Source: an uncultured Acidimicrobiia bacterium
Lineage (GTDB): Bacteria; Acidobacteriota; Terriglobia; Versatilivoradales; Versatilivoraceae
Length of the DNA stretch: 64,000 nt
Reading direction: 5' to 3'
Assembly (NCBI GenBank): GCA_963786955.1
Contig: CAWBAT010000009.1
Span: 320,001 to 384,000, forward strand
Below are positions 11,636 through 22,909 of this stretch, piece after piece. Position 1 is the stretch's first letter, and every line of letters starts with the position of its first letter. Position numbers and translations under genes: made by a program. Below the pieces are notes generated by a model. It searched no databases, was not told the origin of the DNA, and worked only from the letters and a program-made list of their open reading frames with translations.

Positions 11636-12742
11636 ATGAAGGGTTCTCAGAAATTTATCTTACCGGCACTGTGTCTCATCTTCCTGGCTGGTGCGTGTCT
11701 CTCCCTCATCGCTCAGGAACAAAAGCAGCCACAAGCGAAGACACAGGTAGAATATGATGCCTATATGGCTGCCTACAAAGAACAGGCCCCAGCCGCGAAA
11801 GCTGAATTAGCCAGTAAGTTTCTGACAGATTTCCCGGATTCTGAATTCAAGATATACATTTACCAGATGCTTATCGATAGCTACAGCCGCGTGGGAAACC
11901 CGGCCAAAGTGACCGAATACGGTGAAAAGTTTCTTGCGGAATTTCCTCAGGCCGACAATACCACCAAAAAATTTATCCTACAGCGTTTGATGGGAGCCTA
12001 CCAGCAGCAGAACAATTTTGACAAAACAGTCGAAACCGGTGAAAAGCTTCTGGCTATAGACCCTAAAGATCTCCCTTCCCTGCTCACGCTGGCAAGCATT
12101 CTCCCCGAGCGATTGCCTGCGGATGATGCCAAGAAAGCCGAACAATTAGATAAGGCCCAAGGGTTTGCCGAGAGAGCTCTCACAGAAATCAATGCGCTCC
12201 AGAAACCCGCCGGATCCACCATGACGGACGAGCAATGGACGAATGAAAAGAACAAGCTTCTTTCCAGCGTTTACTCGTCTACCGGGTTGATTTTCCTGAA
12301 TAAGAAGGACTACAACAAGTCCATCGAGCAATACTCTCTCGCCACCAACTTAAATCAGACAAACCCAATCGATTTTTATCGCCTTGGGATTTCATACACA
12401 TTTCTGGCGAGAAACGCTGCCAAAGAATTAAATGAACTTGTGGCCAATATCAACGCACTCCAGATCGAGCTTCAATCCGTCACCGACCCTGCCGTCAAAG
12501 AAGAAAAAGAGAAGAAGCTTACCGAACTTAAGGCAAAACAAGCAGAGGACGAGAAAAAGTTCCCGGAAAATCGCGACAAGGGCATCACTGCGTTGGCAAA
12601 ATCGGTCTTTCTCAAGGGCGTGACGGAACAACAAGCACGTTCACAGCTAGAGGCACTTTATAAGAGCAAGAACAATAACAGCTTGGACGGGTTAGATGCC
12701 GTGATACAAAAAGCAGGCGCGGAATTGAAAAAGCCGGCCTAG
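11636..12742 (+). CDS. Exported TPR-repeat protein
   Basis: AAGGAGG RBS, signal peptide, TPR-like helical repeats, coiled-coil insertion. Confidence 0.8.
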   Translation: MKGSQKFILPALCLIFLAGACLSLIAQEQKQPQAKTQVEYDAYMAAYKEQAPAAKAELASKFLTDFPDSEFKIYIYQMLIDSYSRVGNPAKVTEYGEKFLAEFPQADNTTKKFILQRLMGAYQQQNNFDKTVETGEKLLAIDPKDLPSLLTLASILPERLPADDAKKAEQLDKAQGFAERALTEINALQKPAGSTMTDEQWTNEKNKLLSSVYSSTGLIFLNKKDYNKSIEQYSLATNLNQTNPIDFYRLGISYTFLARNAAKELNELVANINALQIELQSVTDPAVKEEKEKKLTELKAKQAEDEKKFPENRDKGITALAKSVFLKGVTEQQARSQLEALYKSKNNNSLDGLDAVIQKAGAELKKPA

Positions 12743-12800
12743 TAAGCGGGAGTGGATACAAACAAAATCCGGCTCGCAGGGTAGACAAGCAAGTAATCGG

Positions 12801-12832
12801 AAGCCAAGGGTTTATCCCTTGGCTTTTTTTTT
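12801..12832 (+). terminator. Rho-independent terminator
   Basis: AAGCCAAGGG-tttat-CCCTTGGCTT followed by a T-run. Confidence 0.85.
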
Positions 12833-13022
12833 GAATCGAGCTATTCGACTTTTGCAGGAAACTTTTCGCGGGGGCCGTTAGCGTCCAGGTCGGGAGAATG
12901 ATAAACGAGCGCTGGAGTGCCGTAATCCGGGCAGTTGGTGATCCTGTGGAAGGTGCTCCCGTTCCACATCCCCGGCTGCAGAATCTAAAGCGAATGGATG
13001 CCTGTTGGCGCTATTTGAATTG

Positions 13023-13647
13023 TTATTTTGATGATTGAAGAGTGGATTCGGAAACCTTTACGCCAAGTTTCTCCAGCAGCCCTTCAATCTCGAACTCACG
13101 ACCGGCTTTCACGGTTAGGCCAAAAGGATTCCTTGGATTATCCTCTCGACTCAAAACAAAATCGGTTCCATTGAGTAGATCTGCAAAAAAGAATTTGATT
13201 TCCGGCTCAATCGATTCATACGATGACTGAAAATTAGGCACGAGAAGGCGATCATTGACAGAGACTTTGAGTTCACTTCTTCCGAATCGGATCTGGCCTT
13301 TGAGCCGGTCGTCTGCTTCGAGTCTATCGCATGCCTTCAGCGCAGCATCTTAAAGCCTGACACAATCGATCCGGGTTCGTTCCGTCGACTTTGGTCTTCC
13401 GATTATACCGCATGCCCAGACGATTTTCACTGTTGTCGACACTATAATCAGCCTCATGTCCAACCAAAACAATGCCGGGGCCAGCGGGGACATGACGGTA
13501 GTCGGCAACATCAATCAAGAGCTCATCCCAAATTTGCGTCTGGATCCAACTGTGGAATACAGGGACGACTCCCCACAAATCGAGACTTGGAGACGAATCC
13601 AGAAATAGCTTCACATTAATATGCTGTAATTCCATATCGGGATTCAT
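13023..13647 (-). CDS. Conserved-looking hypothetical protein coupled to the nitrite/sulfite reductase (frameshift near 13340)
   Basis: ATG overlaps the reductase stop; motif LIDVADYRHVPAGPGIVLVGHE; continues in the 13023-13241 frame (NDRLLVPN). Confidence 0.7.
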
Positions 13648-15914
13648 TATTTCGGGAGCGCGTGACTTGACAGTGACCCTAAGCGTGCATAACAGCTGTG
13701 TGAAGCTTCAATAAAAAGCTGTGCTTCTTCAATGAGCTGGTGGGAAACCTCTTCGCTCTCGGAATGGCCTTTCTTGAGGTGGGCCGCGAAAAGATACTGC
13801 GCGAATCTTCCTCCCATGATGGGGTCGAAAAAACGCTCCGTGTCATAAAACAGGCGCCGAAATTCCTTTACAATCTCATCCTCATCCTCACGGATGTCTA
13901 GAAATTCAAAACGAATGAGTGCTTTGGCGGCGTGGAGCATGGCATCATAAGCCGTCTTCCCAGCCCGCAGTACACTTCCCTGCTCCAATAACAATTGGGC
14001 CTCAAAGACTTCTCTTTCAGCATTTGCCAGGCCAAACTCCACAGCAGAAACCACTTCTCCAGCACACTCCCCTTTGGCGATATCTTCCACGCTGTATTCC
14101 CGAGGATCACCCCAATCACTGAAATAGGATCGGTCTGTCTGCTCTCCGGGCAAGCGGGACAAGTCATCCAGCAGCGTCTTAATCTCTGCCTTTCCAACTC
14201 GCTTGATAAAATCCTTAAACGGCTCTCCCTTCTCCCTTCGAATAAGAAAATGATTGCAGATCCGACTGACCGCTTCTGGAATATTTTTCGAAGGGATCGC
14301 CACCATGGGTAAACCGTAAGAGCCTGCGTTATTTGTCCACTCGCCTCCCAAGACTACCTGAAAATGAGGCACGGTATATCCGGCTATTTTCCGGCTTACT
14401 CCGTAGAAACCAATGTCTGCGATATGATGTTGTCCACAACTATTGAAACACCCGCTGATTTTGATATGCAAGTCCTGAATGGCCTGATTCAGCTCGAAGC
14501 TTTTTTGTGCAAGACGCTTGCGCAACTCCACCGCCAAGCCTCGAGAGGAGGAGATTCCTAATTTGCAGGTGTCGGTACCAGGACAGGCTACAATGTCTAC
14601 AATAGACCCCGCCCCCGGCTCGGCAAGCTTGATTTCCTCTAACGCGGCAAAAAGCTGCGGCAAATCCATCTGGTTCACCCAGCGCAGGACAAAATTTTGT
14701 TCCACCGATGTCCGAATCGCATCTGGTGTGAAATGACGGACAATGTCGGCCAGTCCACGCAACTGCCCGGCAGCAATATCACCCAACGGAAGTGACACGG
14801 TGACCATGGAGTATCCGGCCTGGCGTTGAGGCTTCACATTCGTTTCAAGCCATCGCCTGTACGATGGGGAGGGGAGCGATGCAAGCTCTCCTCCAGGGGT
14901 CCATGCAGGTTCAGAATGATCCTGTGACTCCTCGATCAGGTCTTTCCACCGGGAATCGTGCGGGAGTTTAGTCCTCTCTTCAAGGACCGCTTCACGAAAC
15001 TTTTCGATCCCCATTTCGTGAACGAGAAATTTGATGCGAGCTCGATTTCTATTCTTTTTCTCGCCCAGACGAGCAAATACCCGAGCAATGGCCTGGGCAA
15101 TCGGCAATAACTCTTCGACGGGTAAGAAATCTGCGAAGACCTTTGCCTGGTAGGGAACAGGTCCCAGCCCGCCACCGACAAAGACCTTGAACCCCTTTTG
15201 AGCCCCCGCCGCCTCGATTCGCGTGACGGCCAGGAGTCCCAGATCGTGCATGTGCGTGAGCCCACAGGCATGCTGGTGACAACCACTGAAGGCCGGTTTG
15301 AATTTTCTCCCAAAATCCTGGCAATCGGGGTGCCCCAGAAGAAACTTGGAAAGTGCTTTGGCATAGGGCGTAACATCAAACGCTTCATCCACACAAACGC
15401 CAGAAAAAGGACACGCGGTGACGTTTCGTACCGAATTTCCGCAGGCTTCCCGGGTCGTAATTCCGACGGCTGCAAGACGCCGCATCACAGTCGGAGTATT
15501 GTCGATGTGCACAAAGTGCAATTGGAAATCCTGACGGGTTGTCACATGAACAATCCCGTCGGAATACTCTTCCGCCAAGTCAGCTAGCGTTTCCAGTTGA
15601 CTTGCTCGGACTCCCCCGAAGGGTATTTTGATGCGCTGCATCCCGGGAGCATCCCACAAGGTGTTCGGCCCTTTGGTCGGCAATTCCGGAGCATAATTCA
15701 ACAATCTCACTTCTTTGCCATTATGCCGTTGACCATTATCGTAACGCTGGCCATACACGCCCCGCCGCAGGCGTTTTTCAGCAAATAACTTCTCTTCGAG
15801 CTTGCCTTGCTTCCGAAGATAGATTTCGGTCTCGAAAATATCAATTTCACGCGCCAAGTCTTCTGGAATCTGGCTCGATAACCTGGTTTTCCAAAGCGGG
15901 TTAGACGCTTTCAT
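13647..15914 (-). CDS. Ferredoxin-type nitrite/sulfite reductase hemoprotein with C-terminal HEPN-like domain
   Basis: TTRQDFQLH, ACGNSVRNV, ACPGTDTC and SGCFNSCG siroheme/4Fe-4S ligands; C-terminal AYDAMLHAAKAL helical domain. Confidence 0.9.
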   Translation of the reverse strand: MKASNPLWKTRLSSQIPEDLAREIDIFETEIYLRKQGKLEEKLFAEKRLRRGVYGQRYDNGQRHNGKEVRLLNYAPELPTKGPNTLWDAPGMQRIKIPFGGVRASQLETLADLAEEYSDGIVHVTTRQDFQLHFVHIDNTPTVMRRLAAVGITTREACGNSVRNVTACPFSGVCVDEAFDVTPYAKALSKFLLGHPDCQDFGRKFKPAFSGCHQHACGLTHMHDLGLLAVTRIEAAGAQKGFKVFVGGGLGPVPYQAKVFADFLPVEELLPIAQAIARVFARLGEKKNRNRARIKFLVHEMGIEKFREAVLEERTKLPHDSRWKDLIEESQDHSEPAWTPGGELASLPSPSYRRWLETNVKPQRQAGYSMVTVSLPLGDIAAGQLRGLADIVRHFTPDAIRTSVEQNFVLRWVNQMDLPQLFAALEEIKLAEPGAGSIVDIVACPGTDTCKLGISSSRGLAVELRKRLAQKSFELNQAIQDLHIKISGCFNSCGQHHIADIGFYGVSRKIAGYTVPHFQVVLGGEWTNNAGSYGLPMVAIPSKNIPEAVSRICNHFLIRREKGEPFKDFIKRVGKAEIKTLLDDLSRLPGEQTDRSYFSDWGDPREYSVEDIAKGECAGEVVSAVEFGLANAEREVFEAQLLLEQGSVLRAGKTAYDAMLHAAKALIRFEFLDIREDEDEIVKEFRRLFYDTERFFDPIMGGRFAQYLFAAHLKKGHSESEEVSHQLIEEAQLFIEASHSCYARLGSLSSHALPK

Positions 15915-16392
15915 GGATGTTCTTTTTCTACTCCTTCAACTGGTTATCAAGACTCTACTGGCAAGACGCAAAGGCGTCCTCTAATGTGTATATATTAGTA
16001 TGTTGATCAAAAAAGGCAAGTATTATTGAATTGCTTGTGCTTTCGGAACGATCTTCACCGGAATCAACTGATTCTTTGACCCTTAAACACGGTCCAGGTA
16101 ACGTCGCATGGCTGGATGAAGAAGTTTCAACATTCCAGAATGTTTAGCCCCCGATGAGGACAGATCAGAATTAATCATCATAGCCAATATATCGGGGCTT
16201 GCAACAAGAGGAGCGTTCCTCAATTCCAATGCTCTTCTCTACCCATGCCTGCAAACCGAAATTCCGATCGATACCCCTTGATGCTTCACACGGGATCCTG
16301 GTTTGCAGATCTGAAATGAAAGAATTTTCAAAGAGGTGATTCGTTTCTAATCTTTATCGGGTATAATAGCGATAGTTGATGCAGATGGAGTT

Positions 16393-16797
16393 ATGTTGAA
16401 GAAGACCCTGATTGTTCCACTTTTACTCGTTTGGTGTGCTCTTCATTTGCTCACCCCCTTTGCAGCGGTTTGTTCAACTGGCTGCCGTGGGATAATGCCA
16501 GGCCCGGTTGCAACTCCGACTTCACACGCCTGCTGCCTTAATCACCTCAAGCCTCGAAGTGAAATCAAAGCCTCTCCGGCTTGCGCTTGTCCTTTCATGT
16601 TGAGAAAGCCTTCTCGCCTTGAGGCAGAAGTCGTCCTCGCACCGCTAGAGGAAAGAGGGAAGGTACGACCCATAGCCTTTGGCAACGGCACTCTGCTCCT
16701 TTCAGCGAAAATCGCGGACATTTGCTTCTCCCCTCCCGGTTCACCACCCCTCTACCAACCCGATTGTTCGGGCACTCATTCTGTTTTGCGGATCTAG
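16393..16797 (+). CDS. Cys/His/Pro-rich exported hypothetical protein heading the copper efflux operon
   Basis: Signal-like N-terminus, CSTGC, HACC, CACP motifs, C-terminal SPPGSPPLY..VLRI. Confidence 0.65.
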   Translation: MLKKTLIVPLLLVWCALHLLTPFAAVCSTGCRGIMPGPVATPTSHACCLNHLKPRSEIKASPACACPFMLRKPSRLEAEVVLAPLEERGKVRPIAFGNGTLLLSAKIADICFSPPGSPPLYQPDCSGTHSVLRI

Positions 16798-16914
16798 TTT
16801 CATTTTTTCCACTGAAGCTTCAAATCGTTTCCTATTTGATATCGCTGCGATAATCCGCAAGCGGCAATCCATCACTTGAAGTTTTCAAATTGCTCCTGAA
16901 CCTATGGGAGCCAT

Positions 16915-18288
16915 TTGATCAGGAAGGGAAAAATGAAACCGAGGTTAGCGCTGTGTTTGGGGCTAGTGCTCTTATTCACTGAGACCAGTAAATCGGAAGA
17001 GAAGATTCTGCAGATTGCCGGAGCCAATACCATGGCAGCTCCATGGAGCCCTCAAGCTGCAGTGCAAGAAAAAGAAACCGAGATTAACCTGAACTTTCTG
17101 CTCGATGAGCTTTTTCGGTCCAACCCGGACCTGGCGGCCGCCAAGAAACGCCTCGAGGCCTTACAAACCAGACCCTTTCAAGAAGGCTCGCTCCCTGACC
17201 CTAAAATTAGCCTGGGATGGCTCAGCAATGGGAATCCTCTGCCCGGGGCCGGACTGGGGGTCGAACCAACAAGTAATATTGGATTTCAGTTATCTCAGGG
17301 ATTCCCTTATCCCGGCAAGCGTTCCCTCAAGAGTACGATCGCCCGCAAGGAAGCGGAATCTACAGCGATGGGGCTGCAGGCATTCGAACGTTTTCTCGTC
17401 AAGCAACTTAAAGCTGCCTTCTACGAACTCGAGTATGTTTACGACACAATCGAACTCTTAGTACGAAATCGCGAGGTGTTGCAACGCCTGGCCAAAGTCG
17501 CGGACAGCCGTTATACTTTGGGCCATGGCATTCAACAGGACTTGATCAAAGCCCAATTGGAACTGACGCTTCTCGAAAAGAAGCTCATTGTCGAAGAGCA
17601 AAAAAAGGCTAACCTCAAGGCACAAATCAACACGATATTGAACCGGTCTCCAAACGACCCGCTCGGTCGCCCTCAAAAGATCCAAGAGCTTCCGTCTCTG
17701 GGTAAGTTCGAAGAGCTCAATCGTCATGCCGAGCAGTTCTCCCCCAGGTTGAAATCTCAACGCGCCATGATTGACGGCAAGCAATTCGGGGTACAACTTG
17801 CCCAACGCGAGTATTACCCGGATTTCGACGTCATGGGGGGCTACTACAACATGGGCGGTCTAAAAGATATGTGGGAATTCAAAGTTCAATTAAACATTCC
17901 GATTTACTTCTGGAGAAAGCAGCGTCTGGGACTCGAAGAGTCTTCCTATCGACTAGTTGAAGCGCAAAAGACCTATCGTGCGGCGGAGCAGGAACTTGCC
18001 TACCGGGTGAGGGACCAGTTTCTTTCCGCCCAAACGGCTCAATCGCTTTTGGATCTTTACAGACAGCGAGTGATTCCGCAGGCGCGGTTGACAATGGAAT
18101 CGTCACTCAGCAGCTACGAGTCGGGGGCGGTTGACTTTCTGACGGTTCTCTCGAATTTCAGCACGATCCTTGAGAACGAGAAAGATTATTACGAGCAGCG
18201 CACAGCATATCTGAAGGCAATGGCAAATTTGGAAGAGGCCTTCGCATTGAATTTAGATCCAGCGCAACAACAAGAGGCAAAACCATGA
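16915..18288 (+). CDS. TolC-family outer membrane factor (CusC-like role)
   Basis: NPDL, LPDP, PYPGKR, YYPDF, YESGAVDFL motifs; stop overlaps the cusB start. Confidence 0.88.
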   Translation: MIRKGKMKPRLALCLGLVLLFTETSKSEEKILQIAGANTMAAPWSPQAAVQEKETEINLNFLLDELFRSNPDLAAAKKRLEALQTRPFQEGSLPDPKISLGWLSNGNPLPGAGLGVEPTSNIGFQLSQGFPYPGKRSLKSTIARKEAESTAMGLQAFERFLVKQLKAAFYELEYVYDTIELLVRNREVLQRLAKVADSRYTLGHGIQQDLIKAQLELTLLEKKLIVEEQKKANLKAQINTILNRSPNDPLGRPQKIQELPSLGKFEELNRHAEQFSPRLKSQRAMIDGKQFGVQLAQREYYPDFDVMGGYYNMGGLKDMWEFKVQLNIPIYFWRKQRLGLEESSYRLVEAQKTYRAAEQELAYRVRDQFLSAQTAQSLLDLYRQRVIPQARLTMESSLSSYESGAVDFLTVLSNFSTILENEKDYYEQRTAYLKAMANLEEAFALNLDPAQQQEAKP

Positions 18289-19592
18289 AGAACTTTATCT
18301 TTGGATTTCTGATCGCAGCGGCAATGGTGGGTGGCGGCATGTGGATTTTTTTGAGACCTCACTCGGTAGAGATTGTGTCTCAAAAAGGCCACGTCCAATA
18401 TCATTGCCCCATGCATCCCAATTTCGTATCCGACAAACCCGGAGATTGCCCGATCTGTGGCATGAAACTGGTTCCGAGTGATGAGGAACCAGGAACGGCC
18501 GCTCATGACAAACATCCGCAGCCGTCAGACATGCCTCAAGAGAAAGCGGAAGTTTCCGTGCCTGGCTACGCCCCTGTAGCAATCACGCCGGAAAAACAAC
18601 AACTGATCGGGATCAGAACAGAACCGGCAAGAATGATTGATCTCGAGCAAACGATCAAGACGGTCGGCCGGGTGACTGCCGATGAAACACGCCTGCACCA
18701 TATTCACTCAAAGTTTGAAGGATATATCGAGCACACCTTTGCGAACTTTGTCGGGCAATACGTAAAGAAAGGAGACCCGCTGTTCTCCATCTACTCGCCG
18801 GAACTTCTGGCGACACAGAAGGAGTTTCTTCTGGCTCTGAAAATGCGTGATGAGTCCCCGGCTCTCGAAGCCCAGATGGTTTCCTCTGGCACGAACCTGG
18901 TGGAATCCGCTCGGCAGCGACTGCAATTGTTGGATGTTAGTGATGGAGAAATCAATCAAGTCGAAAAGACACGGCAGCCCATAAAAGCCCTTCTGTTCTA
19001 CTCGCCTTACAGTGGATTTGTCACTGCAAAGATGGCATCCCATGGAGTGAAGGTCTCACCCAACGACGCACTCTACGATATTACAGACCTTTCGGCCGTC
19101 TGGGTCATCGCCGACGTCTACGAAGACAGCTTGGCATTGATCCGCGAAGGCCAACCGGCAGAAGTGAGTCTGACTTTTATCCCTGGGCGAAAGTGGCGAG
19201 GGCGTATTTCTTACATTTTTCCAATGCTCGATGAAAAGACGAGGACGGCCAAAATTCGATTGGAATTCCCCAATCCCGGAAATCTTTTAAAGCCCGAGAT
19301 GTATGCCGACGTGGAAATCAAAGCCAGCTATGGGAAAGGCCTGGTCATTCCTGAAAGCGCTGTGATCTCAACCGGCGATCGGATGATCGTCTTTGTTGCC
19401 AAGGGACAAAACCAGTTTGTCCCCAGGGAAATCACGACCGGGCTGAAATTAAAAGGTCTTTATGAAGTCCAGGAGGGGCTGTCCACGGGGGAGCAAGTCG
19501 TCACCGAAGCGAATTTCATGCTGGATTCCGAATCTAAACTTCAATCAGCAATTTCCAGTACAGACAACCCCGTGCACCGTCACGGACCCTAA
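18285..19592 (+). CDS. cusB: RND periplasmic adaptor, CusB type, with heavy-metal binding domain
   Basis: YHCPMHP..PGDCPICGMKLVP, YSPEL..TQKE, LKPEMYAD, FMLDSES. Confidence 0.9.
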   Translation: MKNFIFGFLIAAAMVGGGMWIFLRPHSVEIVSQKGHVQYHCPMHPNFVSDKPGDCPICGMKLVPSDEEPGTAAHDKHPQPSDMPQEKAEVSVPGYAPVAITPEKQQLIGIRTEPARMIDLEQTIKTVGRVTADETRLHHIHSKFEGYIEHTFANFVGQYVKKGDPLFSIYSPELLATQKEFLLALKMRDESPALEAQMVSSGTNLVESARQRLQLLDVSDGEINQVEKTRQPIKALLFYSPYSGFVTAKMASHGVKVSPNDALYDITDLSAVWVIADVYEDSLALIREGQPAEVSLTFIPGRKWRGRISYIFPMLDEKTRTAKIRLEFPNPGNLLKPEMYADVEIKASYGKGLVIPESAVISTGDRMIVFVAKGQNQFVPREITTGLKLKGLYEVQEGLSTGEQVVTEANFMLDSESKLQSAISSTDNPVHRHGP

Positions 19593-19604
19593 AAGAGCGT
19601 TCCC

Positions 19605-22600
19605 ATGATGATCGAAAGAATTATAGAGTTTAGCGCAAAACAACGGGTGATCGTCATTCTGATGACGCTGGCGGTTGTCGTTCTGGGAATCTGGACTCTG
19701 AAAAACCAGCCTATCGACGCAATCCCCGACCTTTCCGATACCCAGGTTATCGTTTATTCACGATGGGACCGCTCTCCAGATATTATGGAAGACCAGGTCA
19801 CTTATCCCATTACGGCGGCTTTGTTGGGAACTCCAAGGGTCAAAAGTATTCGCGGTTTTTCCGACTTTGGTTTCTCATATGTCTATGTCATTTTTGAAGA
19901 TGGAACTGACATTTACTGGGCTCGGAGCCGTGTGCTGGAGTATCTCAGCAAAGTCACGAGTTCCCTCCCACCAGGCGTTAAAACTGAAATTGGGTCCGGA
20001 TGCGACCGGGGTAGGCTGGGTATTTCAATATGCCCTGGTCGATGACAGTGGAAAGCATTCCTTGGCGGAATTGCGCTCCTTTCAAGACTGGACGCTGCGT
20101 TACGCGCTTCAATCGGTCCCCGGGGTTGCAGAAGTGGCCTCCATTGGAGGATTCCAGAACCAATTTCAAATCGTCGTCGATCGGACCCGGATGGCGGCCC
20201 TCAATATACCCATCACGAAAGTCACCGAAGCGGTTCGCAGTTCAAATGAAGAAACGGGTGGACGGCTGATCGATTTCTCCGGCCGTGAATATATGGTGCG
20301 CGGCAGAGGGTATATTCAGAAGATCGAAGACCTCGAAAAGATTGTGCTGAAAACTGACGAACGGGGGACACCGGTCCTTTTGAAAGACATTGCGCGGGTG
20401 GAACGAGGTCCGGAAATACGCCGAGGCCTAGTCGATCTTAACGGTAAAGGCGATATCGTCGCCGGCATCGTCATCATGCGCCACAATGAAAACGCTGATC
20501 GGGTGATCCGGCGCGTCAAAGAAAAGCTACAGGACATGGAAAGCTCGTTTCCGTCAGGAGTCCGCGTCGTCACAACTTACGACCGCTCTGAACTCATCGA
20601 GCATTCGATTGCGAATCTCAAGCACGAGTTGTTGATTGAAATCATCATCGTCAGTTTGGTGATCTTGCTTTTCTTATGGCATATTCCCTCAGCCATAGTC
20701 CCCATTGTCACCATTCCCGTCTCCGTTCTGCTCTCATTCATTCCCATGTATTGGATGGGGCTGAACTCGAACATCATGTCCCTGGCGGGGATTGCGATAT
20801 CCATTGGAGTCCTTGTCGATGGCGCTATCGTTGAAGTTGAAAACGCTTATAAGAAACTCGAATTGTGGATTGAAGGGGGGAGAGTTGGAGATTATCTCGA
20901 GATCAGACTTCAAGCTCTTAAAGAAGTCGGCCCTTCGGTGTTTTTCTCCCTGTTGGTCATCGCCGTTGCATTTTTGCCGGTATTCACCCTGATCGATCAA
21001 GAAGGCCGTCTATTCAAGCCTTTGGCGTTTACAAAGAATTTTGCCATGGCCATTGCAGCGATCTTGGCTTTGACGCTTGATCCTGCCATGCGAATGATGT
21101 TCACACGCCTTGATTTCTATACCTTTCGCCCCAAATGGCTCGCCTGGATCGCCAATCAGGTTCTGGTTGGCAAATATTATAAGGAAGAGCGACATCCCAT
21201 CAGCCGTCTGCTGTTCAAAGTCTATGAACCGGCAGCCCGTTTGGTGCTGCGGCACCCCAAGACGACTATCCTGATCGCGCTGCTTTTGGTGGCCACAACA
21301 ATTCCTATTTATTTCCGGCTCGGCACGGAGTTCATGCCCCCTTTAAACGAAGGAGTCATTCTTTACATGCCCACGACATTGCCCGGAATCTCGATTGCTC
21401 AGGCCCAATCTCTGCTCCAGAAGCAAGACCAGATTCTCATGCAATTTCCAGAAGTCAAACTAGTCTTTGGGAAAGCCGGCCGCGCCGAGACCTCTACCGA
21501 CCCGGCTCCTCTTTCGATGATGGAAACCACAGTGCTGTTGAAACCCCTGTCAGAATGGAGGAGCGAGCACGAGATGGTATTCGGATCAGGCTCCCGAATG
21601 GCTGAAAGAGTGGGTGTTGCGAAGAATTTGGCCCGAACATATTTCTTGGGAAGAGCTCGTCGCAGAGATGGATGAGAAGCTCAAAATGCCCGGCGTGACG
21701 AATGCTTGGACCATGCCCATCAAGAACCGGATTGACATGCTGACCACTGGGATTCGGACTCCGGTGGGGATTAAAGTATTCGGCGAAGACTTGCGTGAAA
21801 TGGAGAAGATTGGCGCACATCTCGAAGGCATTTTAAAGCAACTGCCGGAAACTCGATCGGTCTATGCGGAGCGAGTTGCCGGAGGCTTCTTCTTAGACTT
21901 TGAACTCAATCGAGACCAACTGGCACGATTCGGTCTCTCTGTTGGCGACGCTCAGGCGGTAATCATGTCGGCGATCGGAGGGAGAAAATGTCACGACGAC
22001 AATCCAAGGTCGGGCACGATACCCAGTCAACGTCCGCTACCCTCGGGAGTTGCGTGACAATCTGGACCGGATCAACCAAATCCTGATATCCACTCCGAGT
22101 GGGGCGCAAATTCCATTGTCTCAAATTGCCGCAATCCACCAGGTGACCGGCCCTTCCATGATCCGGGATGAAAATGGGATGCTCGCTGGATACGTTTTCG
22201 TGGACATCGCGACCAGCGATATCGGAGGATATGTCCATAAGGCTAAGAGTTTGGTGGAAAGGGAACTGAAGATTCCGCCCGGATATTCTCTGGTCTGGAG
22301 CGGGCAATACGAAAACATCCTTCGTGTCCGGGAACGCTTGAAGCTGGTTGATCCCCGTGACCCTATCCCTAATTTTTGTATTACTCTATTTAAACACTCG
22401 ATCGGTTGCAAAAACTTGTATCGTGATGCTCGCTGTTCCATTTTCCGTTATCGGCGCAATCTGGTTGATGTACTTGTTGGATTACAATGTCTCCATTGCC
22501 GCCTGGGTGGGGATGATTGCCTTGATGGGTCTTGATGCAGAAACTGGTGTCTTCATGCTCCTTTTCCTGGACCTGTCCTATGACGACGCCAAACGGCGAG

Positions 22601-22892
22601 GAAAACTCCAAAACAAGTCTGAACTCGAGGAAGCGATCATCCATGGCGCCGTTAAAAGGGTTCGACCCGAAAATGATGACGGTAATGGCTGCGTTTATGG
22701 GTCTGATGCCTATCATGTGGTCAATTGGACACCGGGGCAGACATGATGAAGCGAGTTGTCGCCCCCATGGTCGGGGGGCTGGCTACGTCGTTTCTGCTCG
22801 AATTACTCGTCTATCCGGCAATTTATTACTTGTGGAAATGGCACTCTGAGGTGCGGACAATGAGTGAATTGTCAAAGCAAACCGTTCCTTGA
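19605..22892 (+). CDS. cusA: Cu(I)/Ag(I) RND efflux permease CusA (several frameshifts)
   Basis: DAIPDLSDTQVIV, GPDATGVGWV, EFMPPLNEG, TDPAPLSMMET, WTMPIKNRIDML (Met sites); split over about 6 ORFs. Confidence 0.9.
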
Positions 22893-22909
22893 CGAATGGG
22901 AGTAATAAA

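Noticed and set aside
15944-15985. TTATCAAGA.. resembling the start of a SAM-I riboswitch near the sulfite reductase
   Set aside because: It is on the wrong strand for the gene, and the downstream SAM-I core elements are missing
19605-22892. cusA (and other split genes) as pseudogenes or programmed frameshifts
   Set aside because: Indels affect many unrelated conserved genes whose motifs are otherwise intact; sequencing error is more parsimonious
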